64,000 bases of DNA from Entomortierella parvispora E1425 (lineage: Eukaryota > Fungi > Mortierellomycota): assembly GCA_020891255.1 (NCBI GenBank), contig BQFW01000015.1, forward strand, positions 1,984,001 to 2,048,000, written 5' to 3'. A program made the position numbers and the translations under genes. Position 1 is the first letter of the stretch. Every line of letters starts with the position of its first letter. Below are positions 11,421 through 23,460 of the stretch, piece after piece. A model generated the notes under the pieces. It had not been told where the DNA came from and ran no database searches. It saw only the letters and a program-made list of their open reading frames with translations.

Positions 11421-12040
11421 GATGGAGGAGGTAGAGGCGACGGTTGAGAATCACCCTGAGAATCATCTCTGCGGCTGTCATCGTTACGGAAGACGTGGGA
11501 GCCCCTGCCCTGGAGCAGGATATTAGCCCAAAGAGGTCAACCGTGTCTTGACAGCGTCCACTGACCACTGCACAGCCTGATGTCCACATAGGGACTGCCC
11601 GCAACACAAGATCCATATCTGATTGACCAGCACGGGACTAGCAATGCCCATCTTGATCCGATACTCGAACTCGATCAGTGGCACCATCCAGGATGTCAAG
11701 GGCAAGAGCAACTGCAATTTGTCAAGGAGTTACCTTGAAATAAAGAAAAATGAACTATATTCACGTCTTGTCTGCTATAATCATGGAATGTGTAACTAAG
11801 CATTGCGAAGACTTGGGCACCAATACCAGAGGATGCAAGAACAAAGACAAAAGTAGCTGGGTCATACAGAACGGTTGTTATCGAGTCATAGGCGACAGCT
11901 GATGGAGTAATAAAGAGGACTAGACCATGTATGTTGATATCGGCGAAAGTGATGTCCCTTCACCCGCTCTCGGGTAGTCGAGTTATTTATTTCCAAGAAA
12001 AAGCTCCGGTCTATCAGGCGCAGGAAGCATCCTGCCACCG

Positions 12041-14741
12041 TTAGGGCTTTCCGCCGGCAGCAATCTTGACAGCAAGAGCGCCCCAGCGAGCGCTCAATTC
12101 CTGAACGACTTTCACTGGATCCTGACCGTTCGTCGTCTTTGTCTCGCCCTTTTGATGGCCCCAGATCTGAGCCTGCCAGATGGCCTCGCGGGCCAGATTC
12201 TTGGTAATGTAGTCATCTCTGTTCCATGGCTTCCTGTCCGCGGCAGCCTTCTCGAGCTGTTGGATGAACAATTGCCATCGAGGCAAGTAGAAAGAATTGA
12301 TCAAGCCACCCCACTGCTTGGAGGCGTAATCGGGCAAGGAACCTGGCGGTCCAGTCCCTTCAGGGCCCCACCAGGTCACAATATCGCGGGCATTCGATTC
12401 CAAAAACTGCTCATATCCTGCGACTCCAGGACCAGAGGACGAGTGATCGCTTTCAAAGCTCTCGAAGGATTGACGCGTTCGAAGAGGATTGCGCGAGTCT
12501 CTGGCAGCTTGGACCCAGGAGCCAAAAGAAAAGAGTTCGTGGGTGTTCAAGAGAAGATCTGCGTCATGGATCAAAGACACGAGTTGGCGACCATACGCCT
12601 GGACCTTGCTGACATCGTTGGACTGGTAACTGTCGACGAGAGCTCCGTGGATCGCAGGAAAGACGGTGGCCAGCAAAACCTCTCGGGTCGTGTCAACAAG
12701 ATCAAACTTGAAGGAGCTGGGGACCTTTGCGTGTTTCTTTGAGAAGAGGGCAGACTCTTGAACCAGCTGACTCCATGCCTGGACGACTGTCGTTTTGTCG
12801 TACCAAAAGATGGTTCCCAGCCATCCGTCGTCGGTCATGTTGAGGTTGGGCAACTTCTCGATATAAGATTTGCTCTGGGAGGGTTGACCAGTCTGGCAAT
12901 CCCAAACGGTTTTGCTCAACTTGTGGAACGCATCTTGGACAGAGGGTGTAGCCAGTGAGGCACCATAGCGACGGCGGACAAAGAGCTCGAGATGCCTTGT
13001 CTGATTAATGGTAGCCTTGGGATCGTGCCAGGGCAAATCCAAGAGGGTTTCGTAAAGGTATTCGTTGTTGTTGATGCCCTCAGCAGTGACTCCCATCCCT
13101 TTGAGGTTTCCAGGGTATTCGTTGTAAGCAGTGAATGGGAGGGTGAACAATTCGGGAAGTTTTCCAAACAGACCTTGGGCCGCTCCGTAGTTGTTTATCC
13201 TATTCTCATTAAAAAAAAGTGTTAGGTTTTGCAATGCTGACCAGTGATGAACGTCCTATCTTGACGATCCTTACAAACTCCATCCGAAATCAAATCCATA
13301 GAATCCTTCGTTCGTGTTCCAGACAGGAAGAGAGTCTGAAGCTAAATCAAAGATAAAAGGAGTACCGTCGGCATCGCGAATGCCTTGGAAGTACGCCTGA
13401 GTAGCCTCAGGAGTCCATATGGTGGTATCCTGCAAGAACCAGCCTTGCATGGTCCAAACAGCATCCTTGTCAACTCTCTGCAGAGCTTTGGTCACACTGA
13501 TGGTGATGGCCTTCAAGCACGTTGGCGTGGCGCACTCGGGGACAAGCTCATTGTAAAGATCCAAGAGATAATAGTGGGAAGTGTAGCCTCCGTTGAGCTT
13601 TTGCTGCAAATCCAAGAACTGTGCGGACAGGTCAGAAAACAGAGGATCCGTGGGACTCACATAGGTGACGTTGGTGTACTGCTCGGGGAAGAACGACCAG
13701 TCGCTCGAGTTTCCAAAGACGTTGTTGGGGTACTTTGCCACGAGCGAGTAAGGGACAAAGGCCTGGAAAGCAGGCAGAACAGCGGTGATGTCAAAGTCTT
13801 GAAGTCTAGCCAGGATCAACTTTTGCAAGTCCCATTGAGTATCGATCCATTTGTTTTTGTAAACGAGCTCATTGGCGGCCGAGGTATGTGTGAGCTCGTG
13901 GTTCCAGGATCCCTGGAGGTTGCCCATACGTTGCCAGGGCATGAACGCGGGGCCGGTTAGGAAAGGAAAGAGATCAGCATCCGTGAGATTAAGGTTGTAG
14001 AAGAACTGGCGAAAGACGTACTCCTGGCCAACCATGGCAGGCAACATGTTGATACCGTTGAGCATCATCCAATCTAAGTCACCACAAGAACAACGGCGGA
14101 ATAAATCAACACAAGGTTTTTTTATCAGACACGCCGTCCAAAAAAACAAAAAAGCTAAAAAACAAAGTGGGCTCAAAACTGGTGGGCACGGATTGGTTTT
14201 GCATTCTTCTTTTTCAAAGTTTCTTACCGATCTCGCGCTCCCATCGTTTCCAGTCCCAAAAGACAAACTGGTAACCGAACGAAACTACGTTGGTATAGTA
14301 TCTGTGAGGGACGATGCTGCCTCGGACATGTCCGGTGGTAACCACGTTACCAGTGTCCAATTCCAAATCAGGCACCTGTGGGGGCACACGGGGCAATTCA
14401 TCGAATCGGTTTCCAGACCAAGTCAACTCGACCTGACCAGCCTGGTCCAGATAATACTTGAGACCTGCACCCAGGGCTGACAAGGTGGCACCCTCGATCA
14501 AGATACTAGGTCCGTTCTTGACCTTCTTGTTGGAGACACGATACACATCATACTTGTTATCTGCGCTAGGCTGAGGAATGTCCGACACCAACTGAAAGTC
14601 AAAGGCGTTGTGATATGATTTGGGGAGAAGGCGCTGCACGAGACCCTGGAGAGAGGCTGTTTCAGACGGAGCCGCACTGATGATAGCCACGGTTTGGACC
14701 AACACAACGACCAGACCGATAAACGTCTTTCTGGTCACCAT
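12041..14741 (-). CDS. NAGLU: Secreted/vacuolar alpha-N-acetylglucosaminidase, glycoside hydrolase family 89 (NAGLU-like), 3 exons
   Basis: Signal peptide MVTRKTFIGLVVVLVQTVAIISA. Motifs WDWKRWEREIDWMMLNGIN, GPAFMPWQRMGNL, WTMQGWFL, DYASKQWGGL and FYLPRW. Both catalytic-Glu motifs are present (DLYNE, AEGINNNE). Introns 14074-14227 and about 13200-13277. Confidence 0.95.
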
Positions 14742-15648
14742 GGTGAGAGATTAAAGTCGGGGGTAGGAGGGAAGATAAGGGTGGAAATGCAAAAGTCGAA
14801 AAAAGAAAAAAACGGTGCCAACAGAGTCAATGACTGGTATTTATAACCGTCAGTCAGGTCCCGCACGGAGAACCAAGGCGATGAGCGGACGAAAAAAGGA
14901 TTTCCTTCATCGGGCACTGCCATGGAGGCTCATTCTTTACTCTAGGAAGGGTTCTTTATTTTTTGTGACCAAAGTGCGTTTGATAATGGTGTGCATAGAG
15001 GAGCCTTACGAAGACGGCCCCACGGACAATGGTCCAAATAGTCTAGTCGTTATAGTCGCTTTACCTAAAAAAAACAAACAGAGAGACGGCGCGTCAACGA
15101 TTCACTTGCTGCTCACAACGGTTCATGTCAAGATCCTGCACGATAAGAAATCGATGGCGTACTTTCTACAATCCAAAGAAAGCATCGCCTTGACCCTTTT
15201 GGTTGCACAAAATTGTAGACAGAGTGAAGAACATACGTTTTTTTACGTCCAAACCGATGAAGGCTGCTTTCATGGGCTATGAACTGGAACCTCCACGGGC
15301 ATACCACAAACAGCACATGCAGGATGCAGGGTGCATCCACTGCGGAATGCTAAGAAGGAAGAATAAAAAAGAAGAATGAAAAAGTCTGCCCCTCGTTCAG
15401 TCAGAGTCGATTGTTTTACAAAAATGGGACGCGATTGTGATCCAGGGTAGGAAACTAGGGCCATTCTTGATGTGGCCATGTGGATAATAATATGAAGATC
15501 AACACGATCTCGGCGGCTTTTATCCGCCGGCGACGATATAGCGGCGTCATTCGAGCGCGCTCTCAGGAACAACGGAAGAAGCAACATTGGTGCAATGGTA
15601 TATTTATGAAGAAATGCAGAAATATTTACAATGAATTGCGACTAAAAT

Positions 15649-16650
15649 TTACAAATATCCATACTTCTTCTTGGCCAGCCATCTTACGAGGCCTGGACTC
15701 ACAATCTGAAGAACAAGACTGACGTGGTAGAACCATGGCATGATCACTTCGTGTTGTCGCAAGTCTGATCCCCTGACGATGCCTTCTGCGCATGCTCGAG
15801 CTGTCATGGCTCCTTTCTTTGTTCCTGCGATAGGTTTAGTCTCTGATGGACCTGCTGAAGACGATGAGGACGAGGCAGCATTGTTCTTTGGAAGGTCCAC
15901 TGCGGATTGTCTAAGGTCTGTTGCGACGGTTCCTGGAGAGACAATACCAACATGGACTCCGGTCCTTTCCACCTCCATTCCCAGGGCCTCAAAAAATCCT
16001 TGCGCGGCGTGCTTACTAGCACAATAGATGGCTCTGGTGGGAGCACCAACTTTGCCAGCCATGGATGAAACGACCATGATATTTCCTGCAGAGCTGGACT
16101 TTGTCAGTGTGGGCAAGAAGTGTGTCGTGAGGTTGAGCGGCGCGTGGTAGTTGACATTCATGATCTTGATGGATGCCTCGAAGGCCTCCTGAGCCTTGGA
16201 GGGCAAAACGACCGAGTCTGATACAGTCGAGTTAATGCCTGCCAACTCGTCAAAAGGAAGAACAGAGATGATGCCGGCGCAGAGGATCAAAGTGTCGACT
16301 CTTCCCTGGAGCGCCTCCAAAGACTCGCGAGTTATCCTTTGCACTTCGTTTGGGAGGGTCACATCTCCCTGAACAGCATGGATCGCGCCTGCGACGGGAC
16401 TAAGCTCGTCCACCAGCTGTTGAAGGAGAGATTCCCTGCGAGCCACAATGACGATATGGGCACCGCGGTGGGCATAGATGCGGGCGAGCTCGGACCCGAT
16501 GCCAGAACTGGCACCAACGATGACAACGCGCTCCTGAGTAGGTGGAATGAGTTTCGTCCGTGATGTCGATCCAGTCTGGGTGAAGAGAGCCCTGGCAATC
16601 AGGACGGCAGCGACGGTGCCGGTGCCAATGGCGAGAGTGCTGAGGGACAT
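15649..16650 (-). CDS. Short-chain dehydrogenase/reductase with N-terminal membrane anchor (DHRS7/11beta-HSD-like), intronless
   Basis: VVIVGASSGIG cofactor motif, VVSSMAG, YCASK (YxxxK), hydrophobic N-terminus. Confidence 0.92.
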   Translation of the reverse strand: MSLSTLAIGTGTVAAVLIARALFTQTGSTSRTKLIPPTQERVVIVGASSGIGSELARIYAHRGAHIVIVARRESLLQQLVDELSPVAGAIHAVQGDVTLPNEVQRITRESLEALQGRVDTLILCAGIISVLPFDELAGINSTVSDSVVLPSKAQEAFEASIKIMNVNYHAPLNLTTHFLPTLTKSSSAGNIMVVSSMAGKVGAPTRAIYCASKHAAQGFFEALGMEVERTGVHVGIVSPGTVATDLRQSAVDLPKNNAASSSSSSAGPSETKPIAGTKKGAMTARACAEGIVRGSDLRQHEVIMPWFYHVSLVLQIVSPGLVRWLAKKKYGYL

Positions 16651-16943
16651 TCCTGAAAGGTCGGCGATACAGATAAAGTAAAAAGAAAGAAAGAGAGAGA
16701 GACGAACAGGAATGAGAAGGTGATGACGGGGCGAGGTGATGCAGTGACTTGGCGGAATGGGGCGTTGTTGGGAAGTGGGTGGGACGCGCATATTTCGAGA
16801 GTGATCAATCAATCATCTTGTGCACTTGCATCATCCCTTGCGTGTCATCATCATCATCTTCTACTCTTCTCGCTTCTTTCCCTCTTTCCCTCTTTCCTTC
16901 GTCCGCCTTCCTTCCCACTCTTCTTTCTCGCCTTACTCTCGCC

Positions 16944-19900
16944 ATGCCTGCTCCGGCCCGGCCTCTGCTGCATCCCGGCGCGTCCATCCAGAGCTCAGGG
17001 CCTGTTGTGGACCCCGCATTCACAGCCGCTGAATTCGACGTCAAGGCCTGGATCAATGCCGCCCTCGAAGCCGTTCCTCAGCAACAGCAAGGAGGCAATC
17101 TCGACAGCAACAACAAGAGTGGACCTTCACCTTCATCGGCTTCTCAGGGAGACCACAAAACCTCGGCATCGGTGGATGCTTCGTTGGATGCTTCCTTGGA
17201 CCTGCTTCAAACGCCCGCGCTCGACCCTGTTCTCGGTACATACCACACGACCTAAAATGCACTTATTGTCCATTGAATTTCATCCATGTGCTGACTCGGT
17301 TGGGGGTTTCTTTCCTATCTGTTATAGATGGAAAGGATCGGGACGATGCAGACTCACTTGTAGGAACTCCTCCGACACTGGGTTCCTCAGGAACTAACCA
17401 GCAGCAGCAGCAGGCGACAGCTACAACTACGACAAAGAGTCAGACTAGCCTTTTGACCCAGCATGCGACAACCCATCTTACAAAGCTTCATTTACTGGCC
17501 AGCCAGACCTCTGCTGCCCTTGCATCCACCACACAGGACATGGTAAAGCTTCTCCCACGATTGACTCACGAGCTTGATCAACTTCGCCAAGAAACCAAGG
17601 TCCTTCAGGAAGGTATTCGACTTGTTCGCTCAGACGTTGGTACGGTCGAATCATCTGATACAGTTCAGGCTTTGGATCGACTCAAATACCTGGATCTCGT
17701 CAAAACTCGGATGGAGGCCACCCATTCCGCCCTCCGAGAAGCCGAAAACTGGCGGAATCTCGAAGCTGAAGCACAGGAGATTTTGGCAAAGGGCGATTTC
17801 TCTCGCGCTGCCACCCGTCTGTCTGAGGCCGAGAGGTCCTTAGTCGTGTACAAAAACACCAATGTAGAAGGCGATCGTATGGCTCTCTTGCGCGTACTCA
17901 AGGATCAATTAGAGCAGCAAGTCATGGGCAAGGTCAAAGAGGCCTTGGAACAAAAGGACACGGTGGCTTGCCAGTCTTTGATGGCCGTGTTTGGACTCAT
18001 TGGGCGACAGGAAAAGTTTCAAGAGTATTACATCTCCCAAAGGCGCGCACCTTTGATTGCACATTGGAAAGAGCTGTTCAAAAACATCCACCAGGGGCCA
18101 CGGACCGGCGCCACTGCACCTGCTCCCCAAAGCGCAGGAGACTCAAAGGACTTTGTCAATGCCTTGCCAAAGTTCTATATGGACGCCTCCAACTTGCTCC
18201 ACGACGAGTTTGCATGGATCACTAGTATCTTTTCCGACCCTTCTGCGACTATTCATAACCTGGTGCACGACGTTTTTACGCACCTTGACCCAACCATGCA
18301 AACTGCATTACGGGATGTTGCTAGATCCCAAGGCGACGAGGGCAGCCTACCACTCTTGATTGCTGCCTTTGTGGCAACAGAATCGTTTGGTGTCAGGATG
18401 GAGCGGATTGTCTCGCAACCCTTGGTCGGCAACTTGCGTGAACACAGCCCAGGCAGTGGTGGCTTCTCTGGGCGATCAAGATCAGGAACTCTAGTTCAGG
18501 ATGCTGCACAAAGAGACGGCAGAGGTGTACATTTGGGACGATCCTCATTTAGCCACGAGGGCCTTGATATTGGCTCTATCCACGATCCACATGAGTGGGC
18601 CTACATCCTTTATGAACCCTTCATGGTATACCAGCGCGACTATGGAAAGCTGGAAGGCGCACATTTGCGAGCACTGTTGACAACGGCCATCCCAGCCATG
18701 GCCACATACCCAACCAAAGCAGCAGGCAGTCGCGAGATCAGCAAAGCCAGTTCCCACCTTGTCAAGATCATCACCAACACCAACAACATTGCCTTTAGTC
18801 TTGCTGAAGGCGCCATTGGCCGGTGTATGCGACTCACGCATGGATTCGGTACCCCCGGATTGGTGGACTGCCTGAATGGATTCTTTAACAACATTATGGA
18901 CCGGTATACCGAGATTTTGATGGAGTGTCGACAGCGGTCTGGATTGCAGATCGATGGTGTTACTGGTGAAATCAAGAGACAAGAGGACTATGGACAGGAT
19001 TCGCGACCTAGCTCAAGACTCGGTAACAAACAATCGACACCTGACGATTCAGAGGATTCCGAGGGATGGGATGACGATGTGAATGAGCAAGACCAGAGGC
19101 TGCTGCATATGGGACTCCGACTTATTGTGCTTTGTCGTCAGCTCTGCCTGCGATTGGAACAGTTGGACATCAAGACTAAAAAGAGTCTTCGTGCGGTGGA
19201 GCATCTTATCAAGTCAGACGCCAACACCCATGCTGGCACAAGCCCGGACCAAGGGTCTTCAGGAAGTGGTTTGAAGATGACTGCTCAGCCGCCTAATGCG
19301 TCGATTGCATTGCTGCAACAGTCCAACTTGAACAGCTACCGACTATCCGAGATTTTGGAGATGGTCAAGAAGTCTGCGGCTCTTGAAGGACAGTCAGGAG
19401 CAACAATGACGAACCTGGGTTTGATCAGTGATGGCGTCTCTACGTTGGATCGACTTTCAGCAGAAACGGACTTGGGATTGGAACCAAAAGCTCATCACCT
19501 CTTCCGACAGAGTCACCAGCGTGCTGTACAACTCACCAAGCTTTGCCAACGATTTATTTTCGACACGCTCTATATTCCACTTGTCCGACCTTTGGCTGAC
19601 GTGGCCCTTCTCCCATGCTGGACCGAGGAACAAGGAACTCCCAGTGATGATTTGATGGGACCTCGCCGTATTCATCAGAGTACGTTGGGGGGAACGAGGA
19701 CTGATGTTTTCCGATTCAGATCAGGTCCAAGCGAATACATGGAGGAGCTGTTGAAGCAGGTTGTTGGTTTGCCACTCACACTGGAGACCTATGAGGGAGA
19801 TGCTGGTCTGAGGTTCGGTATCCACGCTCTGCCTTATGCAGACAGGCCTGCTGATCAACGCGAGCAGTCGGAAGAGGCGACAAGAGCTGAGGAAACAGCC

Positions 19901-20650
19901 CTGAATTCCAAAGAGGATAACTCTGAAGGTCTGGGTGTTGGAGAGTCTGAGCTGGAATCAGGATCTTTGACGCATGGAGGCCAGAGTCCTGAGGGCCAGA
20001 CTTATGAGGAAGAAGACGACGTTGCAATCATGCACCGATGGATCACCTCCCTCTTGCGTGCGGCTATGCATACCCTTGTTGAACGTCTGTACGATCCCAA
20101 TTTGGGTCAGGTCAAATCATCCCCAGCGACATCCACACCCCCTACAAGTCAGCGCAGTCGCTTTGGCTCTCCTGTCCCGGCGTCTTCCTCACCTAGCGGA
20201 CTCTCTGGCCCGTCTTTTGGAGGCAACGCTCGCTCAGCTTCTGCAAAGGAGCGCCATTACTTGACACGCTTGTCGGACTCGGGTGCCAAGCAGTTGGAGC
20301 TGGATCTTGGACATTTTGTCAATACCTGTTTGAGCTCCCTGGCCATTGAACCCACGCCAAGCATCCAGTCGTTGATCAAAGCCCTGGGTATGAGCGAGGC
20401 AGGTCTTTTGATGGCGATGCAGCAACAGCGAGAATACCTTGACAACCGTCCACCCCAACACAAGGAAAGTGGAGAGTCAAGTCCTTCCTCATCAGCAGAA
20501 CCAAGTTCAATCGTCATCCCTGGAGGACCGGTCTTGCCCACTGTACTGGCCATTGGAGACGAGGAAAGCGAAGAGAAGCAGATGGAACAGGAGCACAAGA
20601 TCTTTACATGGGTTGCTCAACTGAAAGGAATTGCCACCCCACAGCCATAA
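16944..20650 (+). CDS. COG7: Conserved oligomeric Golgi complex subunit 7 (long form), 2 exons
   Basis: FDVKAWINAAL, LPRLTHELDQL, LDLVKTRMEATHSALREAENWRNLE. Intron 17236-17327 joins the two ORFs in frame. Confidence 0.85.
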
Positions 20651-20860
20651 AAAGCAGTATTTGGTATAGTAAAGAACGTTTTTTTTTTGTTTTTTTTTTC
20701 AATGAAGAATACATGTCATGTTTGTTATTGATTTGACTCTGGATATGAAGATGATACAGGAAAGAGATGTTACATGGTAATGGTACAGGGCGTAAAGGTC
20801 AGTCCTACGCTGGGGAATGTGGTAAGGGGTTTGAAGGGGGTAATAAGGTAGGAAGGCTTT

Positions 20861-22225
20861 TTAGAGCTCCTTCATGCTTCCAAGAGGCTCCCGGGCAGTG
20901 CGTACACGTTTCGGCACAGACCCCACACTGTCTACCATCTTGCCTTTGCCCTTGCCGGAAGTTATTGTCGTTGCCGTTGCCGTCGTGGCAGCCGTGGCCA
21001 TTGGTCCTTGAGTGGCCGCCGTGGTATCTGGATCCTTGAAGACCTCAAACTTCCACTCACTTGGCCAGTTCTGGCGCTCCTTCTCGTCGACGAGTCTGTA
21101 CTCGCCTTGGTGCCAATGAAAGATCTGCCCAGCGACTTGCTGGGCCTGTCTATTGAAGGCCACCCTTTGTGGTTCAATCTCGCATTCGATCACGCGCCGA
21201 ATGGCCGCAGCGTCCTCGTCTGAAATATGAGTATTGTCGTTGCTACCACCTGCACCCGAGGCGACAGAAGACGAGCCAGCATCGGGCTTGGCCTTGGCGG
21301 AGAAGGCACCCAGGGCAGCCTTCTTGAGACTTTCCTTTGAGAGAAGCAGACTGGGATCGGGTCCGTAGGTATTCCAAAGACGGGGGGAAATGGCACCCAA
21401 GGCTGCTCTTCTGGACCGGGTAATAGGGCCAGCTCTGCACACGGGTTGAGGGGCCAGTGAAGAATGACCTTCTGTCCTCTGGAGACCAGCGTTGTCGTGG
21501 ATGGCCTTGGGGGTGAGATTTTCCTTTTCGGACCCTGGTGAACACAGGGCCAAATTGATAGCATCCTCGTCTTCCAGCATGGCCATATCTTCTTGTGCCT
21601 GGAAAGGGTCCATCATGTCTGCTGCCGTTGGTGTTTTGGGGGCTGGTGCCGTGGTCATGAACGGGTTCTCGTCCTCGTCCACCACCATAGTAGGACGGGC
21701 CATGAGGGCAGGGCGACTACTACTATTGCTACCACCACTACCACTACTGATACTACTTGAAGAGAGTGGTACCCTTGGACGGGTTGCAGCTGTGGTTGGA
21801 GCAGGACGGACTGCGTGTCGCCTATCAGACTTGACCCTCGGTGGATAGGGGGCAGAAGAAGGGTTACTGCTGCTTCGGGGGCTGTTGCTCCTGGCAAGGA
21901 GACCCAGACGCTCAAAGGGAAGACTCGAGTTGGGGGCAACGTGTTTGCGCGAGTCGACCATGCGGATAGAAGGGGTTCCTGGAGTTGTTCGACGTGTGCC
22001 ACTGGAGAGACCCAGCAGGTTCATGTCCCTGGAGAGGAGCTTTGAAGGTGTGCAGTCATCGATGGACATTGCTCTTTCTGTGGAGGGGGTGGTCTGTTGG
22101 AAAGGAGTGGTGGCAGAGGCAGAGGCAGAGGCTTGAGGTGTTCGAGGGGTGCGGAGGGTGCGGAGGATACGAGAGGGAGCCGGGGAAGGAGGAAGAGAAG
22201 GTGAAGAGTTGCGCTCGCGCCCCAT
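20861..22225 (-). CDS. Orphan 454-aa, mostly disordered protein with KEN, D-box and ABBA motifs; candidate APC/C regulator
   Basis: Intronless ATG-to-stop ORF rich in S/T/P, with motifs EKENLTP, RAALGAI, KFEVFKD and REPLGSM. The ORF is well supported; the function is inferred. Confidence 0.75.
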   Translation of the reverse strand: MGRERNSSPSLPPSPAPSRILRTLRTPRTPQASASASATTPFQQTTPSTERAMSIDDCTPSKLLSRDMNLLGLSSGTRRTTPGTPSIRMVDSRKHVAPNSSLPFERLGLLARSNSPRSSSNPSSAPYPPRVKSDRRHAVRPAPTTAATRPRVPLSSSSISSGSGGSNSSSRPALMARPTMVVDEDENPFMTTAPAPKTPTAADMMDPFQAQEDMAMLEDEDAINLALCSPGSEKENLTPKAIHDNAGLQRTEGHSSLAPQPVCRAGPITRSRRAALGAISPRLWNTYGPDPSLLLSKESLKKAALGAFSAKAKPDAGSSSVASGAGGSNDNTHISDEDAAAIRRVIECEIEPQRVAFNRQAQQVAGQIFHWHQGEYRLVDEKERQNWPSEWKFEVFKDPDTTAATQGPMATAATTATATTITSGKGKGKMVDSVGSVPKRVRTAREPLGSMKEL

Positions 22226-22320
22226 GGTGAATTGGCTGACTTTAAGTCAAATGAGAGTATGTGTGAGGGACAGCGAGGGTTGACAGGGGACGGAGATGTG
22301 GATTCAGCGGATGTGTGGGA

Positions 22321-22366
22321 GTAGAATAGTAGAATAGTAGAAGAGTAGAATCAGTAATAGTAGAAT
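22321..22366. repeat. Degenerate (GTAGAATA)n octamer repeat upstream of the 454-aa gene
   Basis: About five imperfect units. Confidence 0.8.
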
Positions 22367-22632
22367 GTGGGTTGTGTAATGAAGGATGTGGATGGGGATG
22401 AAGAGATGAAGGGAAGGGCGCAAGATCGGAATCAATATCAACAATAATCGGTCAATCCATGGGAGCAAGGGGAAAAGGAGGGAGGATGATGGTGGTGACG
22501 AAGCGGTCTTTTTTTTTTTTTTTTTTTTTTTCTTTCTTTTCTCTCTCTCCTTGCGTGCATTGGGGCCAATGATGGGTCACGGGACGGGGAATGAAATTGA
22601 AAATGAGGGTGCACCCTTAATAAGGAGGAGTC

Positions 22633-22640
22633 GTCACGTG
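22633..22640. promoter_or_regulatory. GTCACGTG E-box (Cbf1/USF-type bHLH site) in a divergent intergenic region
   Basis: Exact RTCACGTG match. The same motif occurs in other intergenic regions of the window (46868-46875, 30415-30430). Confidence 0.35.
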
Positions 22641-22949
22641 CTGATCGCTGCGCGTTTGTTCGAAAAGGACAAGGACAACTTTGGCCAAGCGTGTACTTTT
22701 CTGGTGCAGTCTTGACCCATTGCTTTATTGGTGTTACTGGCATTACGAAGTAAAAAAACTATCATGTCCAAGAGCTGCGTTCCGAAAATTCCACCCAAGG
22801 GGATCGACGCGAGGGATATTCCTCTGAGCCTGTATCCGACTGTGTCTTTGATCAATCAAGAAGGGACATGTTTACACCACCACGTACAGCAGAGGGGTAC
22901 TTCGTTCCTCAGTTGCTTCGCCCATATCTATCCTGTCAGCAGAGCTGTG

Positions 22950-23084
22950 CTGATGGACATCCATGGCCTTCTACCCTGTGATGGCGCCATGGGGTGCCAT
23001 TAGGGGACACTCTAGACGCAATTGATGACTGTACTCCTCGTGGTGTCCGTCCCAGCCCATCACAGCGATCATGGATGGCCCTGA
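22950..23084. ncRNA. Candidate structured RNA or cis-element (long nested imperfect hairpin)
   Basis: Nested helices: 22958-22966/23069-23077, 22976-22984/23057-23065, 22990-22993/23051-23054, 23005-23010/23043-23048. Flanked by a weak C-box-like TGATGG and a CTGA. Confidence 0.25.
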
Positions 23085-23189
23085 CCTGTGCACCGGCAGG
23101 AGAAGTCTGTGTTGTTTGCAAGGGGAGAAAGAGAAAGCAGAGGTCCGTTCGTTTTGTCGCACAGTTCTCTTCCGTCTCCTTCCTTCTCT

Positions 23190-23263
23190 CCTTCCTTCCT
23201 TCCTTCCTTCCTTCCTTCCTTCCTTCCTTCCTTCCTTCCTTCCTTCCTTCCTTCCTTCCTTCC
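23190..23263. repeat. (CTTC)n microsatellite, about 18 units
   Basis: Perfect tetranucleotide run. Confidence 0.98.
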
Positions 23264-23460
23264 CTGTCTGTTTCCTTCTCTCTTGTTTGTCTGCTCCATC
23301 CATTCGCTGTTGTCCATTCTCCATTCCTCAAACTCATTCCTTCCTCCATTCTGTCTAATCTTTAAAATCTCTGCTGTCGCGCGAACAACTCTCTATTCAT
23401 CGCCTTCTGCTCTTAAAAGAACAAACGTAGAACGCGCCTCTTCCTCTTCGCTACAACGCC

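Noticed and set aside
14878-14885. GCGATGAG (PAC-like motif)
   Set aside because: Single 8-mer upstream of a glycosidase rather than a ribosome-biogenesis gene; expected by chance.
15509-15527. CGGCGG-N7-CCGCCG mini hairpin
   Set aside because: A 6-bp stem is expected by chance, and intrinsic terminators do not apply here.
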